Shown: positions 20,023-30,745 of the stretch, piece by piece
How positions within the stretch are numbered: the stretch's first letter is position 1
Layout: every line of letters begins with the position of its first letter
From: a plasmid
Strand: one strand, 5' to 3'
Sequence record: NZ_CP143948.1
Length of the DNA: 64,000 bases
Position numbers and translations under genes: made by a program
The notes under the pieces: generated by a model
Told to the model about the DNA's origin: nothing
Databases searched by the model: none
The model's input: the letters and a program-made list of their open reading frames with translations, nothing else

Positions 20023-21036
20023 ATGGCTACTATTAAGGATATTGCCGCCCGGCTGGGCGTGTCAATCAGCACTGTTTCAAAGGGATTAAATGGTGCCAGC
20101 GATATAAGTGAGGAGCTTCGTCAGACAGTTTTAGACACTGCTGTCGAAATGGGCTACAGCACAAAGCGCTCCAGAAAGGTAGAAAACCGCAAGCTGGCTC
20201 TGTTTATTGAAAATATGAACTACGAGTCTATCGATGAGTTCGGATATGATGTAGTGCTTGGTTTCAAACAGAATGCTTTTAAGCACAAATGGGACGTGGA
20301 CATCATCCCTGTCACACCTCAGCTTCAGGCAGAAGAAAAATATGATACATATATATTAAAGAATGGCTATTGTGGCGCATTTCTGGTAGGTTTTGCTCTT
20401 CACGATGAATGGATGCAGCAGCTCAAAAATACTACAATGCCTACCGTTTTGTTTGATAACTATATAGAAAACAATCCCAATGTAGCCTATGTAGGCACCG
20501 ACAGCTACGAGGGCATTGACATGGCTGTAAAGCATCTGCACAATCTGGGTCATAAAAAGATTGCCTTTATCAATGGTTCTCTTTTTTCCCTGGTTTCAGA
20601 TCAGCGTCAGGAAGCCTTTGAAAACTCTATGCGCGATGCCGGTCTTGAAATCTACCCGGAGCTCATGGGACACGGCTACTATATTCCTGAAACCGCACAG
20701 TATTACGTTTCAAATTTTATTGCAGCAGGTGCCACCGCTATCCTCTGCGGAAGCGACACTATAGCAAAGGGTGTTATCTTAGAGTGCCAGCTGCACGGCT
20801 TCAATGTGCCAAATGATATAAGTGTGGTAGGCTTTGACGATGTCAAGTTTGCCGCAGCCCTTACCCCTCCTCTTACCACTATCAGACAGGAGCGTAATGA
20901 TCTGGGCCGCTGTGCATATATTATATTGAATTCGCTCATTCACCATATTCCAATCAGCCGCACACAGCTACGTCCGATGCTGATTGAAAGAGAATCTACT
21001 GCACGAGTTTCCACCGCACATGCTGCTGAGGAATAG
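20023..21036 (+). CDS. LacI-family regulator, divergent from the maltodextrin operon (MalR-like)
   Basis: HTH MATIKDIAARLGVSISTVSKGLNG. Confidence 0.85.
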   Translation: MATIKDIAARLGVSISTVSKGLNGASDISEELRQTVLDTAVEMGYSTKRSRKVENRKLALFIENMNYESIDEFGYDVVLGFKQNAFKHKWDVDIIPVTPQLQAEEKYDTYILKNGYCGAFLVGFALHDEWMQQLKNTTMPTVLFDNYIENNPNVAYVGTDSYEGIDMAVKHLHNLGHKKIAFINGSLFSLVSDQRQEAFENSMRDAGLEIYPELMGHGYYIPETAQYYVSNFIAAGATAILCGSDTIAKGVILECQLHGFNVPNDISVVGFDDVKFAAALTPPLTTIRQERNDLGRCAYIILNSLIHHIPISRTQLRPMLIERESTARVSTAHAAEE

Positions 21037-21070
21037 CCTGCATATACACCACCTTCCAAAGGAGTCAAAA

Positions 21071-23206
21071 TTGTTCAAACGCAAACATGTAACCACTTTA
21101 ATTACATATTCGCTGGTATTTTTCAGTGCAATCTCCATGACAGCCTGCTCTTTTTCGGATGTCTCTTATCTATTTAAGAGTCCCGCACAAAAGCAGGCTA
21201 TTCTGCACAAATCACCTGCGTTTTGGGAGGATACCACAAGTGTTAAAGGAAGCAGCAATCTGTCTATCCTGCACAATGTCGCCTTTGAGGGGCAGCCGTA
21301 CAATGATACAAGACAGTTTGGTGATAACATCCTTATGGTAGGACAGGGCAGCTACAATAATTCCATCATAGAGACCGATGATCAATCTGTTCAGTATTCA
21401 TTTGATGTATATAATCCCTGGTCCAATGAAATCACGGCAAGCCTCACTCACGACAAAACCGACTGTGATGACTACATGATAAAAGGTGACCGACTCTGGC
21501 TCATCAATTCCGATGCCGGCAGGGCAACAATCTATGATAAGGATTTAAAGGAGATAAAAACCTGCAAATATAATCCTGAGGACTATGATGGCAATTGCGA
21601 TACATCAGATTCTGATGATGGCGATGTGCCGAATCCCGGCAATTATTATGATGTCTCACAGATTGCCACCTCCGCTGACGGAAAATACGCTCTCGTGTCA
21701 GGTGTCACACCCGATACCTACAAATATGCAGTCTCTGATATAAGGATTGACGATAACACAGTGCTTTCAACCTACGAAGGACAAAGTTTTTCCATGTCAT
21801 GTGTCGACTCAAAGGGCTTTGTAATCGAGGCAGATACGGCCAACAATATCTGGAACTATCATTCATCCGATGGAGAAAACAGCTTTTTTTCACTGCCGGA
21901 TGTGGTGGATGTGACTTTGGCAGAGGATGGTGACATGCTCATACGATGCCAGGATTTATCCTCGGACAACATCATCAGTTACTATAAATATTCACCCGCC
22001 ACCGGTGTCAGTTCATCCTTTTCATACAATCTGGCGACTCGAAACACAGGCAAAATGTCCGACAGCTCATCCGACTCTGCGGCAGCCGATACCAAGACCT
22101 ACTGTTCTGCCAACTCGGTATATCTGCCTGATGCAAACTGTGTTATGATGCTTTTGTACACAGCGCAGTGCAACCCGGAAATTCTCATCTGGTCACTCGA
22201 CAAGGGCAAGAATGACAGCAAAGCCGAAATCACGTCATACAATGACTGTGATACACTGCTACAGGCCTTACGCGATGATGGCTCATATGTATCCCCATAT
22301 TCTGCCATAGACCCATCTGACAGTACCGATGAAAATCAGGAGGCTATGGAAGAGGCCGGGAAGGATTCTGACTACAATACATACGGCGACGAGGTCACCC
22401 TGATACCTGACACCGCGTCATATGACTGGGGTGATTTATCCGACATAAATGCACGTATCACAGCCCTTGAACAGAAATACGGCTTTTCCATATATTTCGG
22501 GCCTGAGGTGCCAAAGAGAATTGATTACTACGATATCCATCAATTCAAGAACAAGGATAAGCTGTCGATCGCTCTGGATTCGCTTGAGGAAATACTTGAC
22601 TGTTTCCCTGATGACTTTTTCACACAGCTGTGTTATGGCGATATAAGAGGCATGCGAATCTATCTGTGCGGTGATATTTCATCAGGCCACTCAGATATGA
22701 TAAATGAGCCAAGTGGCTTTATAAATGTAATAAACAACCACAATGTGATGGTTCTAAACTGCAACTACAGCTGGGATTTCAGCTACACCGTTGGCCATGA
22801 GATTTCCCATCTGATTGACCAGAGGCTTGCTTTCATACATACCTATAATGACAAGAGCGAGTTTTCCGAGGAGAAATGGAACAGCTTTAACCCTGACAGC
22901 TTCTCTTATGATGACAGCTACGCAAACTACAATCCAGATGATCCATCGAGCCACATATCCGGGTATTTCATTGATTCCTACGGCATGACCTTTGCAACAG
23001 AGGACCGCTCTGAAATATTCGGAACCGCGATAGACGATTATATTAACGGCATTTATGATGATGCAAGATTCACAGATGATTCGCCGATACGAAACAAGCT
23101 GGACTACTACAGCAGATGTATCCGTTATGGCTTTGATACAAAGGGCTGGCCTGATACGATGTCATGGGAGTCTGTGCTTACCGCCACCGGGGCGCAGGCC
23201 GATTAA
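21071..23206 (+). CDS. Large lipoprotein with an HExxH motif (putative secreted zinc metallopeptidase). The start is a TTG at 21071
   Basis: AAAGGAG RBS 7 nt before TTG. Lipobox FFSAISMTAC. HEISH sits at YSWDFSYTVGHEISHLID, with a Glu about 20 aa later. The Asp/Ser-rich N-terminal half has no obvious family. Confidence 0.5.
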   Translation: MFKRKHVTTLITYSLVFFSAISMTACSFSDVSYLFKSPAQKQAILHKSPAFWEDTTSVKGSSNLSILHNVAFEGQPYNDTRQFGDNILMVGQGSYNNSIIETDDQSVQYSFDVYNPWSNEITASLTHDKTDCDDYMIKGDRLWLINSDAGRATIYDKDLKEIKTCKYNPEDYDGNCDTSDSDDGDVPNPGNYYDVSQIATSADGKYALVSGVTPDTYKYAVSDIRIDDNTVLSTYEGQSFSMSCVDSKGFVIEADTANNIWNYHSSDGENSFFSLPDVVDVTLAEDGDMLIRCQDLSSDNIISYYKYSPATGVSSSFSYNLATRNTGKMSDSSSDSAAADTKTYCSANSVYLPDANCVMMLLYTAQCNPEILIWSLDKGKNDSKAEITSYNDCDTLLQALRDDGSYVSPYSAIDPSDSTDENQEAMEEAGKDSDYNTYGDEVTLIPDTASYDWGDLSDINARITALEQKYGFSIYFGPEVPKRIDYYDIHQFKNKDKLSIALDSLEEILDCFPDDFFTQLCYGDIRGMRIYLCGDISSGHSDMINEPSGFINVINNHNVMVLNCNYSWDFSYTVGHEISHLIDQRLAFIHTYNDKSEFSEEKWNSFNPDSFSYDDSYANYNPDDPSSHISGYFIDSYGMTFATEDRSEIFGTAIDDYINGIYDDARFTDDSPIRNKLDYYSRCIRYGFDTKGWPDTMSWESVLTATGAQAD

Positions 23207-23228
23207 ATGATAATTTCAGAATAACACA

Positions 23229-23260
23229 AAAACCTCAAGTCATACGACTTGAGGTTTTTT
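23229..23260 (+). terminator. Rho-independent terminator
   Basis: AACCTCAAGTC-atac-GACTTGAGGTT-tttt. Confidence 0.85.
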
Positions 23261-23262
23261 AA

Positions 23263-23344
23263 TGGGCAGAGATGGATTCGAACCATCGAAGCAAGTTGCA
23301 GCAGATTTACAGTCTGTCCCCTTTGGCCACTCGGGAATCTGCCC
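23263..23344 (-). tRNA. tRNA-Tyr (anticodon GTA, type II with long variable arm). The 3' CCA is not encoded
   Basis: The reverse complement reads GGGCAGATTCCCGAGTGGCCAAAGGGGACAGACTGTAAATCTGCTGCAACTTGCTTCGATGGTTCGAATCCATCTCTGCCCA: a 7-bp acceptor stem, anticodon loop ACTGTAAATCT and T-loop GGTTCGAATCC. Confidence 0.9.
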
Positions 23345-23852
23345 ATGTATTCAATTACGATACTTGCATAGTTTATCACAACATATGTGATTATGCAAGC
23401 ATATTTTTTAACTATTCAGAACCCCCACGCACATTCGCAAAACCGCACGATACTCGTGCTTTACCGCCGCTACGCAGCTAATTTTGCTCATATGTGTGGG
23501 GGTGGCTCTATTCGAGCCCCCTTGAGAACAAGAAAATCTGCTGCTTACATGCAAGCATGACGCATCAGCTTTTCTTGTTCTCAATTGTTCTGAATAGTTA
23601 CTATTTTTTTAAATTAAAAAAGACAGCCTGCGATCGGCTGCCTTTTAGGAGAAGGTATTTTTACTATGGGGTATAGCAAAAACTATATAATGTATTGGGG
23701 GGTTTTTACGGTTATTATAATATCACGGTTATAACGATAAGTGTTCACAAATTGCATAAAAATCGCGGTTTGTTTTTATGCAATTTGTATAGTGCTTTAG
23801 TCATATTTAATATTTTTCATATAGTGATTGTGTACAAAAACATAGTTGTTTT

Positions 23853-25703
23853 TTAAATATTATGTCCAACTGCTGTTTTGCTGTCCTCGTCAAACAGTGC
23901 TTCAAACTCATCTCTTGTGATTTTCTCCTTCTCAAGAAGAAGTGCTGCACATCTGTCAAGCACATCGCGGTACTCTGCTATCATGCTCTTTGCCTTGTCG
24001 TACGACTCGTCGATGATGCGCTTTACCTCGACATCGATTGCCGATGCTATGCCCTCGCTGTAGTTCTTTGCATGGGCGAGGTCTCGTCCGATGAAGACCT
24101 CCTCCTCATCATCGGCATAGCAGATAAGGCCGATATTGTCTGACATACCGTATTTGGTAACCATCTCGCGCGCAAGCTTTGTAGCCTGCTTGATGTCCTG
24201 TGATGCACCTGTGGTGATATCGTCAAACACAAGTTCCTCTGCGACACGACCTCCTAAGTCTACTACGATTTCCTGAAGCATACGTCCCTTTGTGTTGAAC
24301 ATCTCATCCTTCTCAGGCAGAGGCATGGTGTAGCCTGCTGCGCCTGCTCCTGTAGGGATGATCGAAACTGTGTATACAGGTCCCACATCCGGAAGCAGAT
24401 GGAAAAGGATTGCATGTCCTGCCTCGTGGTAGGCTGTGATGCGCTTTTCCTTGTCAGAGATGATACGGCTCTTCTTCTCAGCTCCGATACCAACCTTGAC
24501 GAAGGATTTTCTGATATCATCCTGTGTGATATATTCTCTGTTTTCGCCCGCTGCACGGATTGCTGCCTCATTCATCAGATTCTCAAGGTCTGCACCTGTG
24601 AAGCCTGCGGTAGTCTGTGCAATCTGCTTTAAGTCTACATCCTCTGCAAGAGGTTTTTTCTTGGCATGGACACCTAAAATTTCTTCTCTGCCGCCCACAT
24701 CCGGTCTGCCTACTACAACCTTTCTGTCGAAACGTCCCGGACGCATGATAGCAGGGTCAAGTATATCCACACGGTTTGTGGCTGCCATGACGATAATGCC
24801 CTCATTGACACCAAAGCCATCCATCTCGACAAGCATCTGGTTCAATGTCTGCTCACGCTCGTCGTGTCCGCCGCCCATTCCTGTGCCACGGCGTCTGGCT
24901 ACTGCATCAATCTCATCGATAAATACGATACAAGGCGCATTTTTCTTGGCATCCTCAAACAAATCTCTCACTCGTGAGGCTCCGACTCCGACGAACATCT
25001 CCACGAAATCAGATCCTGAAATGGTGAAAAACGGTACCCCTGCCTCTCCGGCTACTGCCTTGGCAAGGAGAGTCTTACCTGTTCCCGGAGGTCCTACAAG
25101 AAGGACACCCTTTGGGATTCTTGCTCCAAGTCTGGTGTATTTTCCCGGATCACGAAGGAAATCAACTATCTCTGCAATCTCCTCCTTTTCCTCCTTTAGG
25201 CCTGCTACATCGGAAAACTTGATATGGTTCTCCTCCTGTGTAGTGAGCTTCGCACGGTTCTTGCCGAAGTTCATCATCTTGCCACCGCCGCCCTGTGCTG
25301 CTGCGTTGTTGTTCATCACTGCAAAGAGTATGAACATGGCTCCGAATACCAAAAGATACGGAAGCAGTGTCATAATCCAGCTCTCAGCCGGAACATCCGC
25401 AACTGTATAGTCGGTGTACCCTGCTTTTGTCATGGTCTTTTCGATATTGTTTACATCTGATACATAAAGCACCTTTGATGTGCCATCCTTGAACTTCACC
25501 TCCAGACTTCCTGTCGGTATCTCCCTGTTTTGCACTACCTTTACGCTCTTCACCTGATTCTTGTCAAGATCCTTCTCGAACTGACTCTGTGTGTAAGAGT
25601 TTGATGTAGCCCCGGCGCTCAGCCAGTACCAGATGCAGATTACTGCAAATACAATGATAATGTATACGCCTATTCCGCGCATACCGCTTTTTTGTTTATT
25701 CAA
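23853..25703 (-). CDS. ftsH: ATP-dependent zinc metalloprotease FtsH
   Basis: Two N-terminal TM helices, Walker [12 protein letters not shown] and the zinc motif HEAGHAI. Confidence 0.95.
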   Translation of the reverse strand: MNKQKSGMRGIGVYIIIVFAVICIWYWLSAGATSNSYTQSQFEKDLDKNQVKSVKVVQNREIPTGSLEVKFKDGTSKVLYVSDVNNIEKTMTKAGYTDYTVADVPAESWIMTLLPYLLVFGAMFILFAVMNNNAAAQGGGGKMMNFGKNRAKLTTQEENHIKFSDVAGLKEEKEEIAEIVDFLRDPGKYTRLGARIPKGVLLVGPPGTGKTLLAKAVAGEAGVPFFTISGSDFVEMFVGVGASRVRDLFEDAKKNAPCIVFIDEIDAVARRRGTGMGGGHDEREQTLNQMLVEMDGFGVNEGIIVMAATNRVDILDPAIMRPGRFDRKVVVGRPDVGGREEILGVHAKKKPLAEDVDLKQIAQTTAGFTGADLENLMNEAAIRAAGENREYITQDDIRKSFVKVGIGAEKKSRIISDKEKRITAYHEAGHAILFHLLPDVGPVYTVSIIPTGAGAAGYTMPLPEKDEMFNTKGRMLQEIVVDLGGRVAEELVFDDITTGASQDIKQATKLAREMVTKYGMSDNIGLICYADDEEEVFIGRDLAHAKNYSEGIASAIDVEVKRIIDESYDKAKSMIAEYRDVLDRCAALLLEKEKITRDEFEALFDEDSKTAVGHNI

Positions 25704-25717
25704 TTTACTTCTCCTTT

Positions 25718-26263
25718 TTATTTTATTTCGCCCTCGACGAAGCCGATGTAAGGCAGATTTCTGAACCTCTGATCATAGTCAAGGCCATAGCCTACCACAA
25801 ACTTATCAGGAATCACAAAGCCCACGTAGTCTACATTTACATCATCAACCACACGGCGCTCAGGCTTGTCCAAAAGTGTACAGATTGTGAGACTCTTCGG
25901 GTTTCTTTTGGCAAGGAGCTTTGAAAGCCTGCTAAGAGTATTTCCCGAATCAATGATGTCTTCTATGATGATGACATTCTCTCCCTCGATAGAATGCTCA
26001 AGGTCCTTTTTAATCTTGACATCGCCTGATGACTCTGTGCCTGAGCCATAGCTGGATACCGACATGAAATCCATAGTCATAGGCAAATCAATTCTCTTTG
26101 CAAGCTCAGTGGTAAAGAATATTGAGCCCTTGAGTATGCAAATGAGATATACTGACTGTCCCCTGTATTTTTCTGTGATTTGCGCTCCAATCTCTGCGAT
26201 ACGCTTATTGAGCTGCTCCTCTGTCAGGTAAACCGAAATATCATATTTTTTTGAAAAATCCAT
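25718..26263 (-). CDS. hpt: Hypoxanthine-guanine phosphoribosyltransferase. The start is moved to MDFSKK, just after the tilS stop
   Basis: PRTase motif VIIIEDIIDSGNTL. The tilS-hpt-ftsH order is conserved. Confidence 0.9.
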   Translation of the reverse strand: MDFSKKYDISVYLTEEQLNKRIAEIGAQITEKYRGQSVYLICILKGSIFFTTELAKRIDLPMTMDFMSVSSYGSGTESSGDVKIKKDLEHSIEGENVIIIEDIIDSGNTLSRLSKLLAKRNPKSLTICTLLDKPERRVVDDVNVDYVGFVIPDKFVVGYGLDYDQRFRNLPYIGFVEGEIK

Positions 26264-27746
26264 TTTGTTTTCCTCCGTAAAATGTGATCTTAAGTACTTT
26301 TCCTGTCTGTTGTGTGACAAGTGCGCCACAGCCGGATCTGTATCCGATAATGGCATGCACCAGTGATTCATGGGCTATGAGCCACAGCCCCGCTCTCTGC
26401 TGTGCAGGAATTTTATCACCTGTAAATACCTGCTTCAGCTTCTTATGATGGCCCTCGTCATCCACAATTATATAGTCACCGGCTTTTCTTGTTCTTATTT
26501 CAAAGCCTTTCTTCATCTTATCATAATCAAACCATTTCGTATATGGTTTTTTGGGAATTTCGTCCATTTTACCATTAAAATCTTGTATACAAAGTGTGAC
26601 ATACGAGCCATCTGCCGAAAGCTTTATGTTTTTTTGCTCTCCCGTGGCACTCAGTGCCTCAAGCTCTTTTTGCGTAATGTGAATTTCTTCTTTTTCATCG
26701 TCACACCTTCCGGCGAAGAGTATCACCTCGCCAAATGATTTTTCCGCAATAATTCCATATGGCAGATTGATTTTTCTGCCCGACTGCTGCCCTGCAAGCT
26801 TCACAAGTGCACCGATATGCATGCTCGTGATGTCCTTGAGCCGTCCTGACGCCAGATGTATACACTCGCGCGCCACTCCGCTTTTTAATGCCGGATGCAG
26901 ACTCTCAAAGCGACTGATTTCAAGTATCACCCTGCCTTCTTTTTTTGAAACCATGCTGTCACACGCCTCTTTTAGCTGCTCCTCGTAAAAATCATTCATC
27001 ACCGCAAGCTGTCCTGCGCTCTCATTGATATGCTCTATCGCCCTGTCATTAATCTGCAAAAGCAAAGGAAACACATCATGGCGCAGCTTGTTTCTGGAGT
27101 AGGCTGTGTCAGTGTTTGTGGCATCGGTGACAAAAGCCTGTCCGTTTTCCTTCAGATATTCCTCTATCTGTGCGCGTGTTGCTGATAAAAGCGGCCTGAT
27201 ATAGGTGACACCGTTCTTCACAGAAACCGGATGCATGCCGGATAGCCCCTTCGCTCCGCTTCCGCGAAGCATCTGAAAAAGAACTGTCTCTGCGTTGTCC
27301 TCCATATGGTGCGCAACTGCAACGATTACCTGCCTGCTGTTACCCTGCTTTTGGTCTGCTGCATAGGCAGTTTTGCAAGGATATCTGCCTGCCTCCTCTT
27401 CAAACGCCTCATAGCGCAATATCCTGGCGGCCTCCTCCAGCCCGAGTCCATGACTTGCTGCATATTGCGGCACATCCACGGAATGCACATGGCACGGTAT
27501 GTGAAGCCTCTCGCAGAGATCTGACGCAAATCTCGCATCCTCCCTGCTCTCGGCTCCTCTGATGCCATGCTCCACATGTACTGCCTCCAGCGCAAAATCA
27601 AGCTCATCTGCGCACTGTCTTTTTATCTCATTTAACACCAGCAGAAGGCAGACGGAATCCGCACCGCCCGACAGCGCAACAAGCACCGTGCTGTGATTTT
27701 TTATCATTTTGTTTTCCAGAATATAATCTTTTGTCCGTCTAATCAT
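26241..27746 (-). CDS. tilS: tRNA(Ile)-lysidine synthetase
   Basis: PP-loop VLVALSGGADSVCLL; 501 aa including the C-terminal domain. Confidence 0.9.
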   Translation of the reverse strand: MIRRTKDYILENKMIKNHSTVLVALSGGADSVCLLLVLNEIKRQCADELDFALEAVHVEHGIRGAESREDARFASDLCERLHIPCHVHSVDVPQYAASHGLGLEEAARILRYEAFEEEAGRYPCKTAYAADQKQGNSRQVIVAVAHHMEDNAETVLFQMLRGSGAKGLSGMHPVSVKNGVTYIRPLLSATRAQIEEYLKENGQAFVTDATNTDTAYSRNKLRHDVFPLLLQINDRAIEHINESAGQLAVMNDFYEEQLKEACDSMVSKKEGRVILEISRFESLHPALKSGVARECIHLASGRLKDITSMHIGALVKLAGQQSGRKINLPYGIIAEKSFGEVILFAGRCDDEKEEIHITQKELEALSATGEQKNIKLSADGSYVTLCIQDFNGKMDEIPKKPYTKWFDYDKMKKGFEIRTRKAGDYIIVDDEGHHKKLKQVFTGDKIPAQQRAGLWLIAHESLVHAIIGYRSGCGALVTQQTGKVLKITFYGGKQNGFFKKI

Positions 27747-29611
27747 TATTTTTCCCAGATTCCTATTGCAACTACCGTCATATCATCCATGGCGTATCCG
27801 CCTGTGTCAAGCAGCACCCTGTCCAGAATTTCCTGCGCCATCACGCCTGCATTGTCACTTTTGACGCCTGCGATGATATCCATAAGTTTCCCCTGTCTGT
27901 CCTTTACATGCAGATATTCTAGCACACCATCCGTCACCATGACAAGGAAATCGCCACTTTGAAGTGTATTTTTTGATTGTTTACTCTCCTGCCAGACATC
28001 GACCCCCGCCGGGAGTGATTCATTTTCTATAACACTTACTTGTTTCCCTGATTTGATAAATGACGGTGCAGCGCCTGTTTTGGTAAGCTCAAGCTCACCT
28101 GTGTACATGTCTATCGTAGCAAAATCAACCGTGGAATAGGACTCCTCGCCCGCCGATATGACCATGGCAGAGTTCATCAGCTTTAGGGCACTTTCCCTGC
28201 TAAAGCCGGCCTCCAAAAGCTTTTCAAGCAAATCCACCACCAGCGTGCTCTCGGCCTGCGCCTGCTTGCCCGAGCCCATGCCATCGGATACACATACATG
28301 ATACATGCCATCATCCAGCTGAAACATGCTGCAACTGTCGCCATTTGCCTGAGAGCCGGTCTTCTTTTTGGTCGCCACCCCCGAAAGTGCATAGAACTGA
28401 TTCTCCTCGTAAAGCACAATAGATGTCCTCTCATCGGATATTATTGAAACTGTCCCATGTGCCTGCCTGAGCTTCACTCCCATGGCGCGTGAAACCGCCT
28501 GCACATACTTTGAAATTTCAATCCCGCCATCTATCCTGGTGCAGACATCTGCCTTTATACATACCTGCTGCCTTGCGTTCTCATAAATATGGGCATTTTC
28601 CACCTGTATACCAGCCTCTTTTGTATATACATAAACTCTTGTAAGACGCAGCCTTCTTTTTTTATCAATACATTTTTCAGCCCTGCACCAGCTATCCATG
28701 AGCTCTGCCATAGCGTCAAGCTGTGTGGCTATGACGCGTCTGTTTTCCGTGAGACGCCTGTACCAGGCTTCATTTAGCTCAATACGGGCAAATGCCTCTG
28801 TGGCGGCTTCCACCATGCGCGTATAGTGCGGGCAGCCATCCACATATCTGTTTTGCACAATTTCCTCTGTTTTCATACGTTTGCGCACTGCATCAGCAAG
28901 CATTTTTATACTGTCGGAAATCGAAGTCCCGCTTGTCCAGCACACACTGCAACCCTCACAGCATGCACAAAGTCTCCCTGTCACCTCAAGCTGTATTTTC
29001 TCACTCTCATCAGGGATTTTATCTGCCGTACATTTTACAGCCATGACGTTTGCAGTCGAAATAATGCCTGAAAGTCCTGAAACTGCTGTGGCAAATGCCT
29101 CCTCCCTGTCGGGCAGGAGTCCTGCTATGACCGGGTTTTCATTGTGCTCAAGAGCCCTTAAATATTCGCATGCTCTGCAAAGCACAAAGGCCATCGAAAA
29201 CACAACAAGGCTCTCTGCTACCGACAACACTATCTCATCCGTATACGGCTTTCCCAGAAATGTTACCGACAGATTCATCACCGCCGTGGCACAAGCTGCT
29301 ACAACGGCTGTTGTCAGACATCCGTTTTTACTGCTTTTTCTCACAAATAGCCTTTCCCCAAAGTAAATCACCGCAATAATAAAGAGATACTTACATATCG
29401 ACGGTATCGATATAAAGTATCCCATTCCAATAATTAATCCTATGTAAAAAATAATCGTATGCCCACTGCTCAGACAATAAACTCCATACACTGCAGGTAT
29501 CAGCGGATAGCAATCCATCACACACACCAGTGTGGATGCAAATGCCATAAGCCCCCACACAGCCTTTTTTAAATTTGCACTCCTCATCTTTTTGCCTCCA
29601 TCTTTTTTCAA
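27746..29611 (-). CDS. spoIIE: Stage II sporulation protein E (membrane-bound PP2C phosphatase)
   Basis: Polytopic N-terminus, then a C-terminal PP2C domain (DGMYHVCVSDGMGSGKQA...DDMTVVAIGI). Confidence 0.85.
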   Translation of the reverse strand: MKKDGGKKMRSANLKKAVWGLMAFASTLVCVMDCYPLIPAVYGVYCLSSGHTIIFYIGLIIGMGYFISIPSICKYLFIIAVIYFGERLFVRKSSKNGCLTTAVVAACATAVMNLSVTFLGKPYTDEIVLSVAESLVVFSMAFVLCRACEYLRALEHNENPVIAGLLPDREEAFATAVSGLSGIISTANVMAVKCTADKIPDESEKIQLEVTGRLCACCEGCSVCWTSGTSISDSIKMLADAVRKRMKTEEIVQNRYVDGCPHYTRMVEAATEAFARIELNEAWYRRLTENRRVIATQLDAMAELMDSWCRAEKCIDKKRRLRLTRVYVYTKEAGIQVENAHIYENARQQVCIKADVCTRIDGGIEISKYVQAVSRAMGVKLRQAHGTVSIISDERTSIVLYEENQFYALSGVATKKKTGSQANGDSCSMFQLDDGMYHVCVSDGMGSGKQAQAESTLVVDLLEKLLEAGFSRESALKLMNSAMVISAGEESYSTVDFATIDMYTGELELTKTGAAPSFIKSGKQVSVIENESLPAGVDVWQESKQSKNTLQSGDFLVMVTDGVLEYLHVKDRQGKLMDIIAGVKSDNAGVMAQEILDRVLLDTGGYAMDDMTVVAIGIWEK

Positions 29612-29671
29612 CGATTATATGTGGTCAAAAATGAAGGTTTTGACGAAAAAGCGCAACTATATCTTCAAAAA

Positions 29672-29965
29672 TTATTTGTCCTTTTCCTTGAAGATTATTT
29701 CATTGTCATACGCAAGCCCCAGCTTGCTCTTTGCTATATCCTCTATGTACTGGTCACTCTGCATATACTGCTGCATGCTTTCTATCTCATCAGCACGCTC
29801 CGATTCTTTAGTATACTGCTTCTCAAGCTCCGCTTTTTGTGCGGCATATGTAGATTCCTTCTGCTTTAGCTGCACAACCTGGACTACCATAACCACAAGA
29901 AATGCTATAACTATGATGGAAACACTTAAAGTTCCGCCCCTTCTCTTTGCACGACGTTTACTCAT
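29672..29965 (-). CDS. Septum-formation initiator family protein (DivIC/FtsB-like)
   Basis: A single TM helix followed by a coiled coil; sits at the divIC position of the yabP-divIC-spoIIE synteny. Confidence 0.65.
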   Translation of the reverse strand: MSKRRAKRRGGTLSVSIIVIAFLVVMVVQVVQLKQKESTYAAQKAELEKQYTKESERADEIESMQQYMQSDQYIEDIAKSKLGLAYDNEIIFKEKDK

Positions 29966-29982
29966 TATTCCTCCTTAGGTGC

Positions 29983-30267
29983 TTATCTGAATATCCTGCC
30001 AAACATTTTATCTTTCTTTCCGGTCACCTCCGGTACCTTCGAATACGTAATCATGTCTATCTCACCTTCTATATCGGCTTCTCCCTTCTCAAGGTTTAGC
30101 CTGTTTACGTGAAGATCCTTGCCCTTTAGGTCAAGCATGCCCAGCTCCGTCTCCAAAAGTATCTCTCCCACATCAAAGGAGAGCACATCCAAAATGCCTG
30201 TAAAGCTGCCTGTTCTGCGATTATTCAAGATAAGCTTATGACTCTTTGTGCCTGATATTTCTTCCAT
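29983..30267 (-). CDS. yabP: Sporulation protein YabP
   Basis: HKLILNNRRTGSFTGILDVLSFD...ILLETELGMLDLKGKDLHVNRLNLEKGE matches the YabP family. Confidence 0.8.
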   Translation of the reverse strand: MEEISGTKSHKLILNNRRTGSFTGILDVLSFDVGEILLETELGMLDLKGKDLHVNRLNLEKGEADIEGEIDMITYSKVPEVTGKKDKMFGRIFR

Positions 30268-30376
30268 TTCCTGTCCCTCACATAATTTTTAATATGCTCC
30301 ATAGACAGCCGCACATATACATGCCATCTGTGGAATCGCATATGTAAATATATGCCGGGATTCATGAAAATATAAC

Positions 30377-30616
30377 CTATATATACTCAAAAAGATCTTT
30401 TGCTTCTTCCTTCTTTGTTGTGTCAAGGAGATTTAACACCTTAACCTTGACTGTCTTTTGTCCAAATGCTATCTCTATTATGTCTCCGACCTTGACATTT
30501 ACAGATGCCTTTGCCGGTCTGCCGTTTACTGTAACACGGCCTGCGTCACATGCCTCATTTGCCACTGTACGTCTCTTTATCAGACGCGATACCTTCAAAA
30601 ATTTGTCTAATCTCAT
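30377..30616 (-). CDS. yabO: S4-domain RNA-binding protein (YabO/Hsp15-like)
   Basis: S4 motif MRLDKFLKVSRLIKRRTVANEACDAGRVTVNGR. Confidence 0.8.
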   Translation of the reverse strand: MRLDKFLKVSRLIKRRTVANEACDAGRVTVNGRPAKASVNVKVGDIIEIAFGQKTVKVKVLNLLDTTKKEEAKDLFEYI

Positions 30617-30683
30617 TGTTACCTCTGTGTCTTACCTATAATAAATCAATTCATAACCATTACCCTGATTTCAGTGGATATAG

Positions 30684-30716
30684 CCAAAAATGGGCGGAGC
30701 CTTAAAGGCTTCACCC
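30684..30716 (-). terminator. Terminator of hup
   Basis: Imperfect stem GGGTGAAGCC/GGCTCCGCCC followed by ATTTTTGG on the minus strand, 30 nt past the hup stop. Confidence 0.5.
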
Positions 30717-30745
30717 ATTCTTCTACTCCGTGATAGTCTAACTTA

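Noticed and set aside
20984-21070. ATG at 20984 as the start of the 740-aa lipoprotein
   Set aside because: It would overlap the last 50 nt of the LacI gene and put about 30 residues before the signal peptide. The TTG at 21071, with an AAAGGAG RBS 7 nt upstream, gives a canonical lipoprotein N-terminus.
23495-23530. Second tRNA next to tRNA-Tyr
   Set aside because: ggctc-GAATA-gagcc has a T-arm-like stem but a 5-nt loop, and no D-arm or anticodon arm can be built. At most it is a decayed remnant.
24436-25410. 324-aa plus-strand ORF antisense to ftsH
   Set aside because: It is a Ser/Pro/Ala-rich low-complexity translation of the opposite strand of a highly conserved gene, a typical antisense artefact.
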